The position numbers and the translations under genes were made by a program. Below are positions 53,559-62,866 of a stretch of DNA of 64,000 nt, one piece after another. This DNA is from Actinomycetota bacterium (lineage in GTDB: Bacteria; Actinomycetota; UBA4738). Under the pieces are notes generated by a model, which worked only from the letters and a program-made list of their open reading frames with translations, had not been told where the DNA came from and made no database searches. Each line of letters opens with the position of its first letter. Within the stretch, counting starts at the first letter, position 1. The stretch spans positions 19,479 to 83,478 of the forward strand of contig JBOGVA010000018.1 in NCBI GenBank assembly GCA_050692195.1, read 5' to 3'.

Positions 53559-56500
53559 CCCTTCGAGGGGCTTCCCCCTTCCCCGTTCAGGTCCGCGAGG
53601 CGATGGGGGCAGACCCCACGCCCGAGCAATGGCGCGCGATCTCGATGCCACTGGAGCCCTATGTCGTCGTGGCCGGCGCCGGCTCCGGGAAGACGTCGGT
53701 CATCGCCGCCAGGGTGGTGTACCTGGCGATGGTGGCTCTCGGCCACCTTCCGGCGGAGCACTCCGGGGTCTTTCCCGGCAACGTCCTGTGCCTGACCTTC
53801 ACCAACAAGGCCACGGAGCACCTGACGCGGATGATCCGGCGGGCCCTGGCCACATTGGAGCTTTCCGAGGGTGAGGAGCCCACCATCCTCAACTATCACG
53901 GGTTCGCCGCTCAGGTCATCGACCGGCACGGGCTGCTGGTGGGAATCGAGCCGAACCAGCGCATCCTCACCCAGGCCCAGCGGTCGGAGCTGTGCACCCG
54001 GGTCCTCGAGGAGATGGCCTTCAAGCACGTGAGCGCGGAATGGCAGCCGTCGCTCGTCGACAAGATCCTGAACCTTGCCGATCAGGCGGCGAACCACCGG
54101 GTGGAGCCGGAGCGCGTCGGCGAGTTCGTGGCCTCACGCCTTCGGGAGCTTGCCGCCTATCGCAGCGAGAAGGCGTATCAGGCCGCGCTCGAGCGCCTCG
54201 AGCTGGCCGAGGCGGTCCTGAGGTTCCACAGAGTGAAGAGGGAGCTGGGGGTCATCGACTTCGGCGACCAGATCGCGCTCGCGCTGAAGGTGGTGGAAGC
54301 CTTCCCCGAGGTCGCCGCGGACTACCGCTCGCGCTTCCACACGGTGGTGCTGGACGAGTACCAGGACACCAACGTCGCGCAGGCCGCACTGATCGAGGGG
54401 GTGTTCGGCCGCGGGTTCCCCATCATGGCCGTGGGCGATCCGGACCAGAGCATCTACGCCTGGCGCGGAGCCAGCCTGTTCAACCTGCTCGAGTTCCGGA
54501 CGCAATTCCCGAAGGTAGGCGGCGACCCGGCCGAGCGATTGCCTCTGTACACGAACTTCCGATCTGGGGCGCGGATCCTCGAGGCGGCGGACCAGGTGAT
54601 CGCCCCCATCCCGCCCGAGCAGAGGCCCGACCCCGAGAAGAGACTGTCTCCGTGGCCGGACAACGGCGACGGCGAGGTCAGCATAGTAAGGCTCCCTGAC
54701 GAATGGACGGAGGCCTCCTGGATCGCCGAGGCGATCCTCGGTCATCGCCGAGCCGACCAGGAGGCCAACCCATGGTCGAGCTTCGCCGTCCTGTGCAGGA
54801 AGAGCCGCCTGTTCGTCCCCCTCCAGGAGGCATTCGCCGAGCGAGGGATACCCGTCGAGATCGTCGGGCTGGCCGGCCTTCTGAAACTACCCGAAGTAGT
54901 GGAGGTTCTCGCGTACGCCAGAGCCGTGGCCGACCCGTTCGCCAGCGTGAGCCTGGCCCGGATCCTGCTCGGGCCCCGGTACCGCGTGGGGTTCAAGGAC
55001 CTCGCCAGGGTCGCCGCCTGGGCCAGGGAGAAGAACATCGACTTGCGGGGCGAGGACGAAGAGGAGACGCCCTCCTTCCTGTTCGCGGAGGCCCTCGAGC
55101 ACCTGGACGAGGTGACGTTGCTCTCCGAGGAGGGGCGGGACAGGCTCGAGGAGTTCCGAAACGAGCTGGGCGAGCTTCGGGCGGTGGCCCGCCGTCCGGT
55201 GGGCGAGTTCCTGGCCGAGGTCATCCGGCGGATCGGGCTCCTCGCCGAGCTGGATGCCAGCCGCGACCGCGAGCCGGCTCTGGCCACGAAGCGGAACCTG
55301 GCTGCCTTCCTGGACGAGGTCCACGCCTTCTTCCCCCTGGAGGGCGAGCTGACATTGCGGGCCTTCCTCGACTACGTCCAAACCGTGGAGGCGAGCGATC
55401 GCCCCGAGTGGTCGCCGGTCCAGCCGAGCACGGAGAACTCGGTGAAGGTCATGACCGTCCACCAGGCAAAGGGCCTGGAGTTCGACTCCGTCTTCGTTCC
55501 CGGCTTAGCCACCGGCTTGCTGCCGGACCTGACCGTGCAGCAGAACCCGGCGGAGCGGGGCTATTCGATGGACTTCGAGCTCCGCGGGGACTCCCGCATC
55601 CTCCCCAGCTTCGAGCGCTTCAAGGGGAACCTGCGGCAGTTCTGGCTCGCCCTTCGGAACCAGGAGATGATCGAGGAGCGGCGGACGTGCTACGTAGCGC
55701 TGACCCGAGCCAGGAAGCGGCTCGTGGCGACGGCTGCCCACTGGTACGGGGAAGGAGTCAAGGCGAAGGAGCCCGGGACGTTCTTCGAGGAGCTGGCGGA
55801 CTGGGGCGAGGAGACGGGTAGGGCCAAGGTGGACAGAGGCCCCGAGGTCACCCAGGAGAACCCGCTGGTCGGCTACCGCGAGCGGTTCGTCAGGGACTGG
55901 CCGGAGCCGGCGCTTCGGGATGAGCGCGACGAGCTGTTCCCTTCAGGGTGGCGCCGGGCGGCTGCGGAAGCGGCTGAGGACCCATCGGTGCTCGATCGGG
56001 CCGTGGCCTCGCTGCCCCCAGAGCAGCGCGAAGAATATCGGGCCGCCGCGGCCGAGCAGGTGATCGTCGCGACGCACCTGCTCGACCAGGAGACTACCCG
56101 CGCTGCCCCGCCCTCCCTTCCGGTGACGGTTTCGGTTGGAGGCCTGGTGGAGTACGCGCGGTGCCCCAAGCGCTTCTACTGGTCGACCGTGCGGCCGCTT
56201 CCGCGGTTCAGCGGCCCGGCAGCTCGCATCGGAACCCAGGTGCATGCATGGATCGAGCGGAGGAGCAGCGGCCAGGCATCGCTCCTCGAGCTCGACGAGG
56301 TGCCGGACCTCACCCCGGAGGAGCTTGCGGGTACACCCGGGAGGATGGAGCGTCTCCAGCGGACCTTCCTGGACAGCCGTTTCGCCTCGGCGCCGCCTCT
56401 GTTCGCCGAGCGCCCTTTCCTCCTCTACGTCGAAGGGTTCGTCGTGGGGGGCCGGATCGACTCCATCTTCGGAACACCGGACGGCGCCTGGGAGGTCGTC

Positions 56501-56836
56501 GATTACAAGACGGGACGCAAGCCCCCCGAGGACGATACGCTCTCGGGGTTACAGCTCGACCTGTACGCGCTGGCCTGCACCGAGGTGTGGGGGAAGCGCC
56601 CGGAGGACCTGAAGCTCACCTACCTGTACCTCGCCACGGGCGAGGAGGTCAGCCGCCCGGCTGAGGATCTCTCTTCCACGCGGGACAGGGTACGTGCGAG
56701 CCTACAGGCGATCGCGGCCAGGCGGTTCGATCCCACTCCCGGAACCCAGTGCCGCTGGTGCGACTTCCTGAGCTTCTGCGAGGCGGGGCAGGCCTACGAG
56801 GCCGCTCGGTCGATCACGCGCGCCCCGTCCTTGTAG
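53555..56836 (+). CDS. adnB: AdnB-like helicase-nuclease subunit
   Basis: GTGA overlap with adnA. The first 504 codons of track ORF 52043..56836 are an out-of-frame overlap with adnA and are discarded. Motifs: AGAGSGKTS, LDEYQDTN, TVHQAKGLEF, YVALTRAR, GRIDSI...VVDYKTGR, CRWCDFLSFC. Confidence 0.9.
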   Translation: MTLRGASPFPVQVREAMGADPTPEQWRAISMPLEPYVVVAGAGSGKTSVIAARVVYLAMVALGHLPAEHSGVFPGNVLCLTFTNKATEHLTRMIRRALATLELSEGEEPTILNYHGFAAQVIDRHGLLVGIEPNQRILTQAQRSELCTRVLEEMAFKHVSAEWQPSLVDKILNLADQAANHRVEPERVGEFVASRLRELAAYRSEKAYQAALERLELAEAVLRFHRVKRELGVIDFGDQIALALKVVEAFPEVAADYRSRFHTVVLDEYQDTNVAQAALIEGVFGRGFPIMAVGDPDQSIYAWRGASLFNLLEFRTQFPKVGGDPAERLPLYTNFRSGARILEAADQVIAPIPPEQRPDPEKRLSPWPDNGDGEVSIVRLPDEWTEASWIAEAILGHRRADQEANPWSSFAVLCRKSRLFVPLQEAFAERGIPVEIVGLAGLLKLPEVVEVLAYARAVADPFASVSLARILLGPRYRVGFKDLARVAAWAREKNIDLRGEDEEETPSFLFAEALEHLDEVTLLSEEGRDRLEEFRNELGELRAVARRPVGEFLAEVIRRIGLLAELDASRDREPALATKRNLAAFLDEVHAFFPLEGELTLRAFLDYVQTVEASDRPEWSPVQPSTENSVKVMTVHQAKGLEFDSVFVPGLATGLLPDLTVQQNPAERGYSMDFELRGDSRILPSFERFKGNLRQFWLALRNQEMIEERRTCYVALTRARKRLVATAAHWYGEGVKAKEPGTFFEELADWGEETGRAKVDRGPEVTQENPLVGYRERFVRDWPEPALRDERDELFPSGWRRAAAEAAEDPSVLDRAVASLPPEQREEYRAAAAEQVIVATHLLDQETTRAAPPSLPVTVSVGGLVEYARCPKRFYWSTVRPLPRFSGPAARIGTQVHAWIERRSSGQASLLELDEVPDLTPEELAGTPGRMERLQRTFLDSRFASAPPLFAERPFLLYVEGFVVGGRIDSIFGTPDGAWEVVDYKTGRKPPEDDTLSGLQLDLYALACTEVWGKRPEDLKLTYLYLATGEEVSRPAEDLSSTRDRVRASLQAIAARRFDPTPGTQCRWCDFLSFCEAGQAYEAARSITRAPSL

Positions 56837-58008
56837 ACGGCCTCGATCCGCTCGGCGAGAGTCTTGAGCTCGAGCGGATCTCCATCAACCACCACGATGT
56901 CGGCGCGCTTTCCGGCCTCCAGGGTTCCCAGGTCCCGCTCGAGTCCCATGAGCTCCGCGGCGACGGCGGTCGTGGCGATGAGGGCCTGCGCCGGCGTCAT
57001 CCCTCCCTCCGCCATCAGCTCGAGCTCCCGCAGGTTCTCCCCGTGCGGAGTGACCCCGCTGTCCGTACCCATCGCGACCTTGACGCCTGCCTCCGCCGCC
57101 CGGCGGAACGATTCGCGATGGATCTCGATGACCTCCTTGGCCTTCCTGATGCTGGCCTCGGGGATGGAGGCGCCGGCTTCCGCGGCAGTGATGACGCCGG
57201 TCGGAGCGACCAGCGTCGGGACCAGATAGGTCCCCCGTTCGAGCATGAGGGAGATCGCCTCGTCGTCCAGGTAGATGCCGTGGTCGATCGACCGGATGCC
57301 CGCCCGAATCGCCCGTTTGATCCCCTCTGATCCCTGGGCGTGCGCCATCACCCATCTCCCGGCCGCTGTGGCTTCCGTCACCAGCATCTCGAGCTCGTCC
57401 TCGCTGAAGTGCGCGTGGCGAGGGTCGTCCCGTGCCGAGAGGACACCGCCCGTCGTCGCCACCTTGATGACGTCGGCTCCGTCCCGGATCAGCTCGCGAA
57501 CCTTCCTGCGGATCTCCTCGGCCCCGTCCACGAGCGTCGACGGGGAACCCGGCCAGTCGGGGAACAGGGGCACGTGGGTGCCCGATGGCATCCAGGCGTC
57601 GCCGTGGCCTCCGGTCTGGCTCAGCATGCCGATCGAGATCTGCATGCGTGGACCCAGGATCAGTCCCTCCTCCACCGCCTGTTTGACCCCGAGGTCCGCG
57701 CCGCCGGCGTCCCGGACCGTGGTGATTCCGATGCCGAGCGTGGCCTCGAGATTCTTCTCGGCGACGTAGAACATGTACGAGAAAGGCTGTTGGACGAGCT
57801 TCCACATGTCGATGTGGCTGATCATCACGTGGGTGTGGCAGTCGAACAGGCCAGGCAACAGGGCCCGGCCGGCCACATCGACCGCCTCGTCGCCGTCCAG
57901 GCCCGTCCCCACCTCGACGATCCGTCCGTCCTCCACCGTCACGTCGGCCTCGGCCAGCGCGCCGGTCCTCGAGTCGAACACCTGGGCTCCGGAGAACAGC
58001 GTCCTCAT
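56794..58008 (-). CDS. amidohydrolase family metallo-hydrolase
   Basis: 404 aa. Motifs: LLPGLFDCHTHV, a metal-ligand His in VMAHAQG, and SIDHG. Confidence 0.9.
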   Translation of the reverse strand: MRTLFSGAQVFDSRTGALAEADVTVEDGRIVEVGTGLDGDEAVDVAGRALLPGLFDCHTHVMISHIDMWKLVQQPFSYMFYVAEKNLEATLGIGITTVRDAGGADLGVKQAVEEGLILGPRMQISIGMLSQTGGHGDAWMPSGTHVPLFPDWPGSPSTLVDGAEEIRRKVRELIRDGADVIKVATTGGVLSARDDPRHAHFSEDELEMLVTEATAAGRWVMAHAQGSEGIKRAIRAGIRSIDHGIYLDDEAISLMLERGTYLVPTLVAPTGVITAAEAGASIPEASIRKAKEVIEIHRESFRRAAEAGVKVAMGTDSGVTPHGENLRELELMAEGGMTPAQALIATTAVAAELMGLERDLGTLEAGKRADIVVVDGDPLELKTLAERIEAVYKDGARVIDRAAS

Positions 58009-59129
58009 GTCGTCTTCCTTTCCACGTGTGAGTGCGCTCCCCGGCTCCTGAGGAACCGGTCGAGGTCCTCGGGCTCGATGACGCCGACCAGCCGCCCGTC
58101 GCGGACGACCATGACCGCCTGGGCCCGCCGCTCGCTCATCCGTTCGGCGATTGCGGCAAGGGGCTCCGCCGGGTCGGCCTCCAGGACAGCTAAGGCGCCC
58201 GCCATCGCCTCTCGGACCGTTCGATCCGCCGATGCTCCCCCGGCCAGCCGAAGGGAGATGAAGCCGGTGACATGGCCGCCGTCCATCACGGGGAAGGCTT
58301 CACCGTCGTGGCCGCTCAGGTACCGCTCCAGGGCGGACGCCAGGGGCATGTCCGCGGGCACCGTCGGAGGGGGCGGCGACATCACGTCGGCGGCCGTGGC
58401 CGATTCGAGCCGCCTGCTCCGCTCGGCCTGGGCCATGGTGGCGCTGGCACCCTGGAACAGGGACCAGCCGATCAGCGCCGGCCACAGTCCCCACAGGTCC
58501 CCGGTGGCGAGCAGCAACCACAGGCCGCCGGCCACGATGGCCAGGGCCAACCCCTGCCCGACCCGTGCTGCGATCCGGGTGGCGCGCACCCGGTCTCCGA
58601 GGATCCGCCACAGACCAGCCAGGAGGAGCCGGCCTCCGTCCATGGGGAAGCCCGGCAAGAGGTTGAACGCCGCCATGATCAGGTTCACCAGCCCGAGGTA
58701 GCCGGCCAAGAAGGTGACCGGTTCGGGCAATACGCCCAGGCCCCAGGCGTGGACGGCGAGGAACAACATCCCCACGCCGGCGCTGGCGACGGGCCCGACC
58801 CCTGTCGTGAGGAACTCGTCCCTCGGAGTTCGGTCCCCCTCCGTCCAGGTGAAGCCCCCCAGCATGTGCAGCGTGATGCGAAGGACCCGGTATCCGCGGA
58901 GCCTCGCCATCACCGCGTGAGCGAGTTCGTGAGCCAGGATGGAGACCTCGAACAGCGCCGCGGTGAGCGCGGCCAGTGCAACTGCCCCCCCGCCCCCGAG
59001 CTCCGGGAACCGTGATTCCAGGAAGATCCAGGTGTTGTAGGCGATCAGCGCGGCGAGGATGGCCAAAGAGGGATCGACCCGCAGCTCGACGCCCGCGATC
59101 CGGCCGATCCGCCAGCCCCCATTTGTCAT
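58005..59129 (-). CDS. site-2 (M50) metalloprotease with tandem CBS domains
   Basis: ATG 59129, in frame with the track ORF. HELAHAV zinc motif, NLLPGFPMDGG, and a C-terminal CBS pair. ATGA overlap with the amidohydrolase gene. Confidence 0.9.
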   Translation of the reverse strand: MTNGGWRIGRIAGVELRVDPSLAILAALIAYNTWIFLESRFPELGGGGAVALAALTAALFEVSILAHELAHAVMARLRGYRVLRITLHMLGGFTWTEGDRTPRDEFLTTGVGPVASAGVGMLFLAVHAWGLGVLPEPVTFLAGYLGLVNLIMAAFNLLPGFPMDGGRLLLAGLWRILGDRVRATRIAARVGQGLALAIVAGGLWLLLATGDLWGLWPALIGWSLFQGASATMAQAERSRRLESATAADVMSPPPPTVPADMPLASALERYLSGHDGEAFPVMDGGHVTGFISLRLAGGASADRTVREAMAGALAVLEADPAEPLAAIAERMSERRAQAVMVVRDGRLVGVIEPEDLDRFLRSRGAHSHVERKTT

Positions 59130-59145
59130 TCGCGCATCCCCTGGG

Positions 59146-60026
59146 TCACGCCTCGAGATCGATCCGGTGCGGGTGCGTGTACACGTTGAAGCCATGCTCG
59201 CGGATGAACCCCACGACCGTCAGGCCGAGCTCGTCCGCGGCTTCGACGGCCAGGCTCGACGGCGCGGAGACGGCGCAGAGCACCGGGACGCCGGCCACGG
59301 CGGCCTTCTGCACGATCTCGAAGCTCACTCGCCCCGACACGAGGAGGATGCCCTCGGACAGCGGAAGGTCCCCTGCGAGGAATGCCTGGCCGACCACCTT
59401 GTCGGACGGCATTGTGCCGGCCGACGTCCTCCCGCAGGCACGTGAGCCGGCCGGCCGCGTCGAACAGGCCGGAGGCGTGCAACCCTCCGGTCTGCTCGAA
59501 GATCCGCTGCGACCCACGAAGAGCCGCTGGTAGCCCGAGAACCACCGACCGGGCGACCACCGGGCCAGGAGCGATGGCCGCGCACTGTACTCGGACCTGG
59601 TCGAGGGAGGCTTTCCGCAGACCCCACTGCTCGAGGTGGCGTAGAAGTGCGCTGGATCGCATTGGTGTCGAAGGGCCGGGACAACCGCACCGTCACCACG
59701 TTGAACCGCTGACGCTCCGGCGGAAGCTCGCAGTAGCTCACGGACACGAGCTCGTCTCGTGACCTGATCAGCCCCTCGGTTACGAGGAACCCGGCCGCGA
59801 GCTCGAAATCGCTGCCGGGGGTCCGCATGGTGACGGCCACGCTGATCGCATCCTGGCCCGGCCCGCGGGCGCGGATCTCCATCGGTTCCTCGGCCGCCAG
59901 GCGGTCGGCGCGGTCCAGACGGATGCCGTCCCGGACGGCGACGACGCGGGCATTCGCCACGTTTCGCCTGAGCGGCGGGGCCGGTCGGAGCATCGGCTTC
60001 ATTATGGCTTCGAGCGCTGCTTTCAT
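59146..60026 (-). pseudogene. fdhD: fdhD (formate dehydrogenase sulfurtransferase accessory protein) disrupted by at least three frameshifts
   Basis: FdhD-like sequence is spread over three minus-strand frames. Track ORF 59325..60026 carries the N-terminus (EEPMEIR..VTMRTPGSDFELAAGFLVTEGLI). A short third-frame stretch reads HFYATSSSGVCGK. Track ORF 59126..59662 carries ASLDQV...QRIFEQTGGLHASGLF...EDVGRHNAV. Track ORF 59146..59517 carries DKVVGQAFL...SGRVSFEIVQKAAVAGVPVLCAVSAPSSLAV. The shifts are near 59650, 59610 and 59404. Confidence 0.8.
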
Positions 60027-60640
60027 CTCGAACGGCCTCGCCGCCGGCAGGCGATGGTCTCCCGATCGGTCACCACGAAGTCCAGCGGCTCATCGTCCGG
60101 CCCATGGGGGACGGCGGCCAGCAACTGCACGTGATAGGCGATCCCCACCCGCGTGGCATCGTCTTGGAGGCGAGCCAGGTACCGATCGTAGTGTCCGCCT
60201 CCGTACCCGATCCGGTGCCCGCTGCGGTCGAAGGCCAGGCCCGGAGCGATGGCCAGATCCACCTCGCCGGGATCGACCGGTGGCCGGTTGACGGGCTCCT
60301 TCGGCCCGTAGCTCGTGGCGGCCAGCGGTTCTCCGGCCAGGAGCTCCCCGACCGCCATCTCGCGTCCCTGGAGGAAGGGGAGCAGGACCCGCCTGCCCTC
60401 TCCGATGAGGCGTTGCGCCATGTCCTTCGTGGGGATCTCGGAGCCGAACGAGTAGAAGAGCAGGATGGTCCGGGCCTTCCGGACCGCGTCGAGCTCGAAG
60501 AGCCGGTCCCGCACCGCCCCGGCCAGACGGCCCCGTTCACCTGGAGGGATGGAACTCCTGAGCGCTCGCATCCGGGCCCGGAGTGCCGCTTTGTCTCGTT
60601 CCAGCTCCTTCGGCAAGCGGAGCCTCGAACTACCTGCCAC
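60023..60640 (-). CDS. 5-formyltetrahydrofolate cyclo-ligase
   Basis: 205 aa. Motifs: ILLFYSFGSEIPT, VLLPF, PGLAFDRSGHRIGYGGGHYDRYL. GTG start, with an ATGA overlap onto the fdhD start. Confidence 0.9.
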   Translation of the reverse strand: MAGSSRLRLPKELERDKAALRARMRALRSSIPPGERGRLAGAVRDRLFELDAVRKARTILLFYSFGSEIPTKDMAQRLIGEGRRVLLPFLQGREMAVGELLAGEPLAATSYGPKEPVNRPPVDPGEVDLAIAPGLAFDRSGHRIGYGGGHYDRYLARLQDDATRVGIAYHVQLLAAVPHGPDDEPLDFVVTDRETIACRRRGRSR

Positions 60641-60887
60641 CCCTGGAGACGTCCGGGAGAAGACTCGCGGCCGCTTCCATCGCCCGCGTCAGCGCCTCCA
60701 GTCTCGGCCCTCCCGCCGCTGCGCTCCGCCCCACGTATACGCCCACCAGATACGCCGAGACGGGAGCCAGCTTTCGCTCCACTCCGTGGGCGACGTCTCG
60801 GGCGAGGCCCAGCACCGCCGCGATCTCCTGCCGTGTGGCCGGGTCCTCTCCGAGCGCCTGCGCCAGGCGTTCCATCCACTCCTTCAT
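60630..60887 (-). CDS. small DUF6457-like protein
   Basis: 85 aa. MKEWMERLAQALGED...VLGLARDVAHGVERKLAPVSAYLVGVYVG resembles small proteins found beside fdhD/mobA in actinobacteria (from memory). Confidence 0.5.
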   Translation of the reverse strand: MKEWMERLAQALGEDPATRQEIAAVLGLARDVAHGVERKLAPVSAYLVGVYVGRSAAAGGPRLEALTRAMEAAASLLPDVSRGGR

Positions 60888-61046
60888 GTTCGGCCTCTCG
60901 ATCTCGAGCTCTCGGCCCGAATGAGAGGTTAGCCTCTGCTGTCACCTTTGAGGGGAGCGGCTCGGCGGGATAGCCTTCCGGTTGACGTCCGCTCGCCTGG
61001 AGGGCTCAATCTCGACGGCGAATCGCACGCAACGTATGCGACGGCG

Positions 61047-61844
61047 ATGACGGGACGCACGCGCCCCGTCCAGAAGAGCCGGTTTCCGTTGCGGGCCTTC
61101 CTCCTGCTCTCCGGTGCCACGCTGGTGCCGGCAGCTTTCGCGCTGAGAAGCCCTGCTGCCACGCCCGCCGCGGCGGAGGGGGTCCGCCCGCATCTGACGC
61201 AGGCCCAAGATGTGAACCTCGGCCGGCGCCTGTACGAGCAGCGGTGCGCGAGCTGCCACGGCGTGGGCGGAGGGGGAACCGGACAGGGCCCGCCCATCCT
61301 GGGGCTGGGCCCCGCCGTCTACGACTTCATGCTCTCCACCGGCCGCATGCCGCTCGATCGACCGGTCGCCCAGGCTCCCCGTAACCGGCCCGCCTTCGAG
61401 CCCGAGGAGATCCGAGCCCTGATCGCCTACCTCACCTCGCTCGAGCCCGGCGGGGTACCGATCCCGGACGTCCGTCCGGAGCAGGGAGACGTCGCGGTCG
61501 GCCAGAGGCTGTACCAGCTGCATTGCGCGGCGTGTCACGGCTCGACGGGGAACGGGGGGGCGGTCGGAGACTCGGTCGCTCCGGGCCTTCACGCCGCCAC
61601 GGCGCTCCAGGTCGCTGAGGCCATCCGGATCGGACCCGGGTCCATGCCGGTGTTCGGCTCCGAGACGCTGTCCCAAGCCGACCTGAACTCCCTGGTCCGG
61701 TACGTCCTCACGTTGCGGGATCCGGTGGACCGGGGCGGAGCGGGCCTCGGGCACGTTGGCCCGATCGTCGAGGGGTTCGTCGCCTTGCTCTTCGGCTTGG
61801 GCGCGCTCGTCGTGGTGACCAGGCTCATCGGCGAGCGCTCATGA
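61047..61844 (+). CDS. qcrC: cytochrome bc1 complex dihaem cytochrome c subunit
   Basis: ATG 61047, in frame with track ORF 60948..61844. Two haem-c motifs (CASCH and CAACH) and a C-terminal TM anchor. Confidence 0.9.
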   Translation: MTGRTRPVQKSRFPLRAFLLLSGATLVPAAFALRSPAATPAAAEGVRPHLTQAQDVNLGRRLYEQRCASCHGVGGGGTGQGPPILGLGPAVYDFMLSTGRMPLDRPVAQAPRNRPAFEPEEIRALIAYLTSLEPGGVPIPDVRPEQGDVAVGQRLYQLHCAACHGSTGNGGAVGDSVAPGLHAATALQVAEAIRIGPGSMPVFGSETLSQADLNSLVRYVLTLRDPVDRGGAGLGHVGPIVEGFVALLFGLGALVVVTRLIGERS

Positions 61845-62866
61845 GAGCTCCGCTCGGGCGCTCGAGGAGGTGGCTCGCCGCCCTTCTTGCCCGCGCCCTC
61901 GCCGGAGGTCTGCGGTGGGCCGTCAGGCTGACGGGCCCGGCGGAGTCTGCCCCCGCCGCCGTGGCCGGCGGGCTCGAGAGCTACACCCCTGAACCGGACC
62001 TCCCGCTCGCTCCCGCCCCCGACGAGCGTCGAGTGGCTCGCTGGATCTCGTTCGTGCTGGTCCTTTCGGCGCTGGCCGGTGTCGGATTGCTGGCGGTCTA
62101 TGCGCTGGGCGGCCAGGTCCAGATCGAGGGTGCGTTGCTCGGCCTGTCGCTGGGAGGCATCGGGATCGGCTTGATCCTGTGGGGTAAGTACCTCTTCCCC
62201 CACGAGATCGTCACTGAGAGGCGGGAGCCACACCCCTCCTCCGCGCCAGAGCGGCTCGCCGCCGAGGCCTCGCTGGGTCGGGTGGAAGAGGGCGTGCCAC
62301 GCCGGACCTTCCTGTTTCGGCTGCTGCTCGCCGCGGCCGCCGCCCTGGGGCTGGCGGCGATATTTCCCATCCGATCCCTGGGGCCCGGGCCGGGCCGGTC
62401 CCTGTTCCGCACGTCGTGGCGGCCGGGGGCGCTCCTGGTCGACGAAGGGGGCAACCCGGTGCGCGTCGACGATCTGCCCGAGGGGGGAGTCCTCACCGTG
62501 TTCCCCGACGGGCACACCGACGCGGAGGACTCGCAGGCGGTCCTGGTCAAGGTGGACCCGGAGCTCCTCCAGCTGCCGGACGACCGCGGAGCCTGGGTCC
62601 CGGAGGGGAACGTCTGCTACTCGAAGATCTGCACGCACGCGGGATGCCCGGTCGGCCTGTACTCGGCCGACACCCACGAGCTCCTGTGCCCGTGCCATCA
62701 GTCGGCGTTCGACGTGATCGAGGGCGCTCGGCCGATCTTCGGACCTGCTTCTCGTCCACTCCCCCAGCTTCCGCTGGAGGTGGACGGCGAGGGCTTCCTG
62801 CGTGCAGCCGGAGACTTTCCCGAGCCCGTAGGGCCGGGGTTCTGGAACCGGGAGTCCGGGCGGTGA
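61841..62866 (+). CDS. qcrA: cytochrome bc1 complex Rieske iron-sulfur subunit
   Basis: ATGA overlap with qcrC. It has three TM helices and the Rieske boxes CTHAGC and CPCH. Confidence 0.92.
   Translation: MRAPLGRSRRWLAALLARALAGGLRWAVRLTGPAESAPAAVAGGLESYTPEPDLPLAPAPDERRVARWISFVLVLSALAGVGLLAVYALGGQVQIEGALLGLSLGGIGIGLILWGKYLFPHEIVTERREPHPSSAPERLAAEASLGRVEEGVPRRTFLFRLLLAAAAALGLAAIFPIRSLGPGPGRSLFRTSWRPGALLVDEGGNPVRVDDLPEGGVLTVFPDGHTDAEDSQAVLVKVDPELLQLPDDRGAWVPEGNVCYSKICTHAGCPVGLYSADTHELLCPCHQSAFDVIEGARPIFGPASRPLPQLPLEVDGEGFLRAAGDFPEPVGPGFWNRESGR

Noticed and set aside
50901-53651. 916-aa minus-strand ORF.
   Set aside because: It is antisense to adnA with no motifs, a high-GC artefact.
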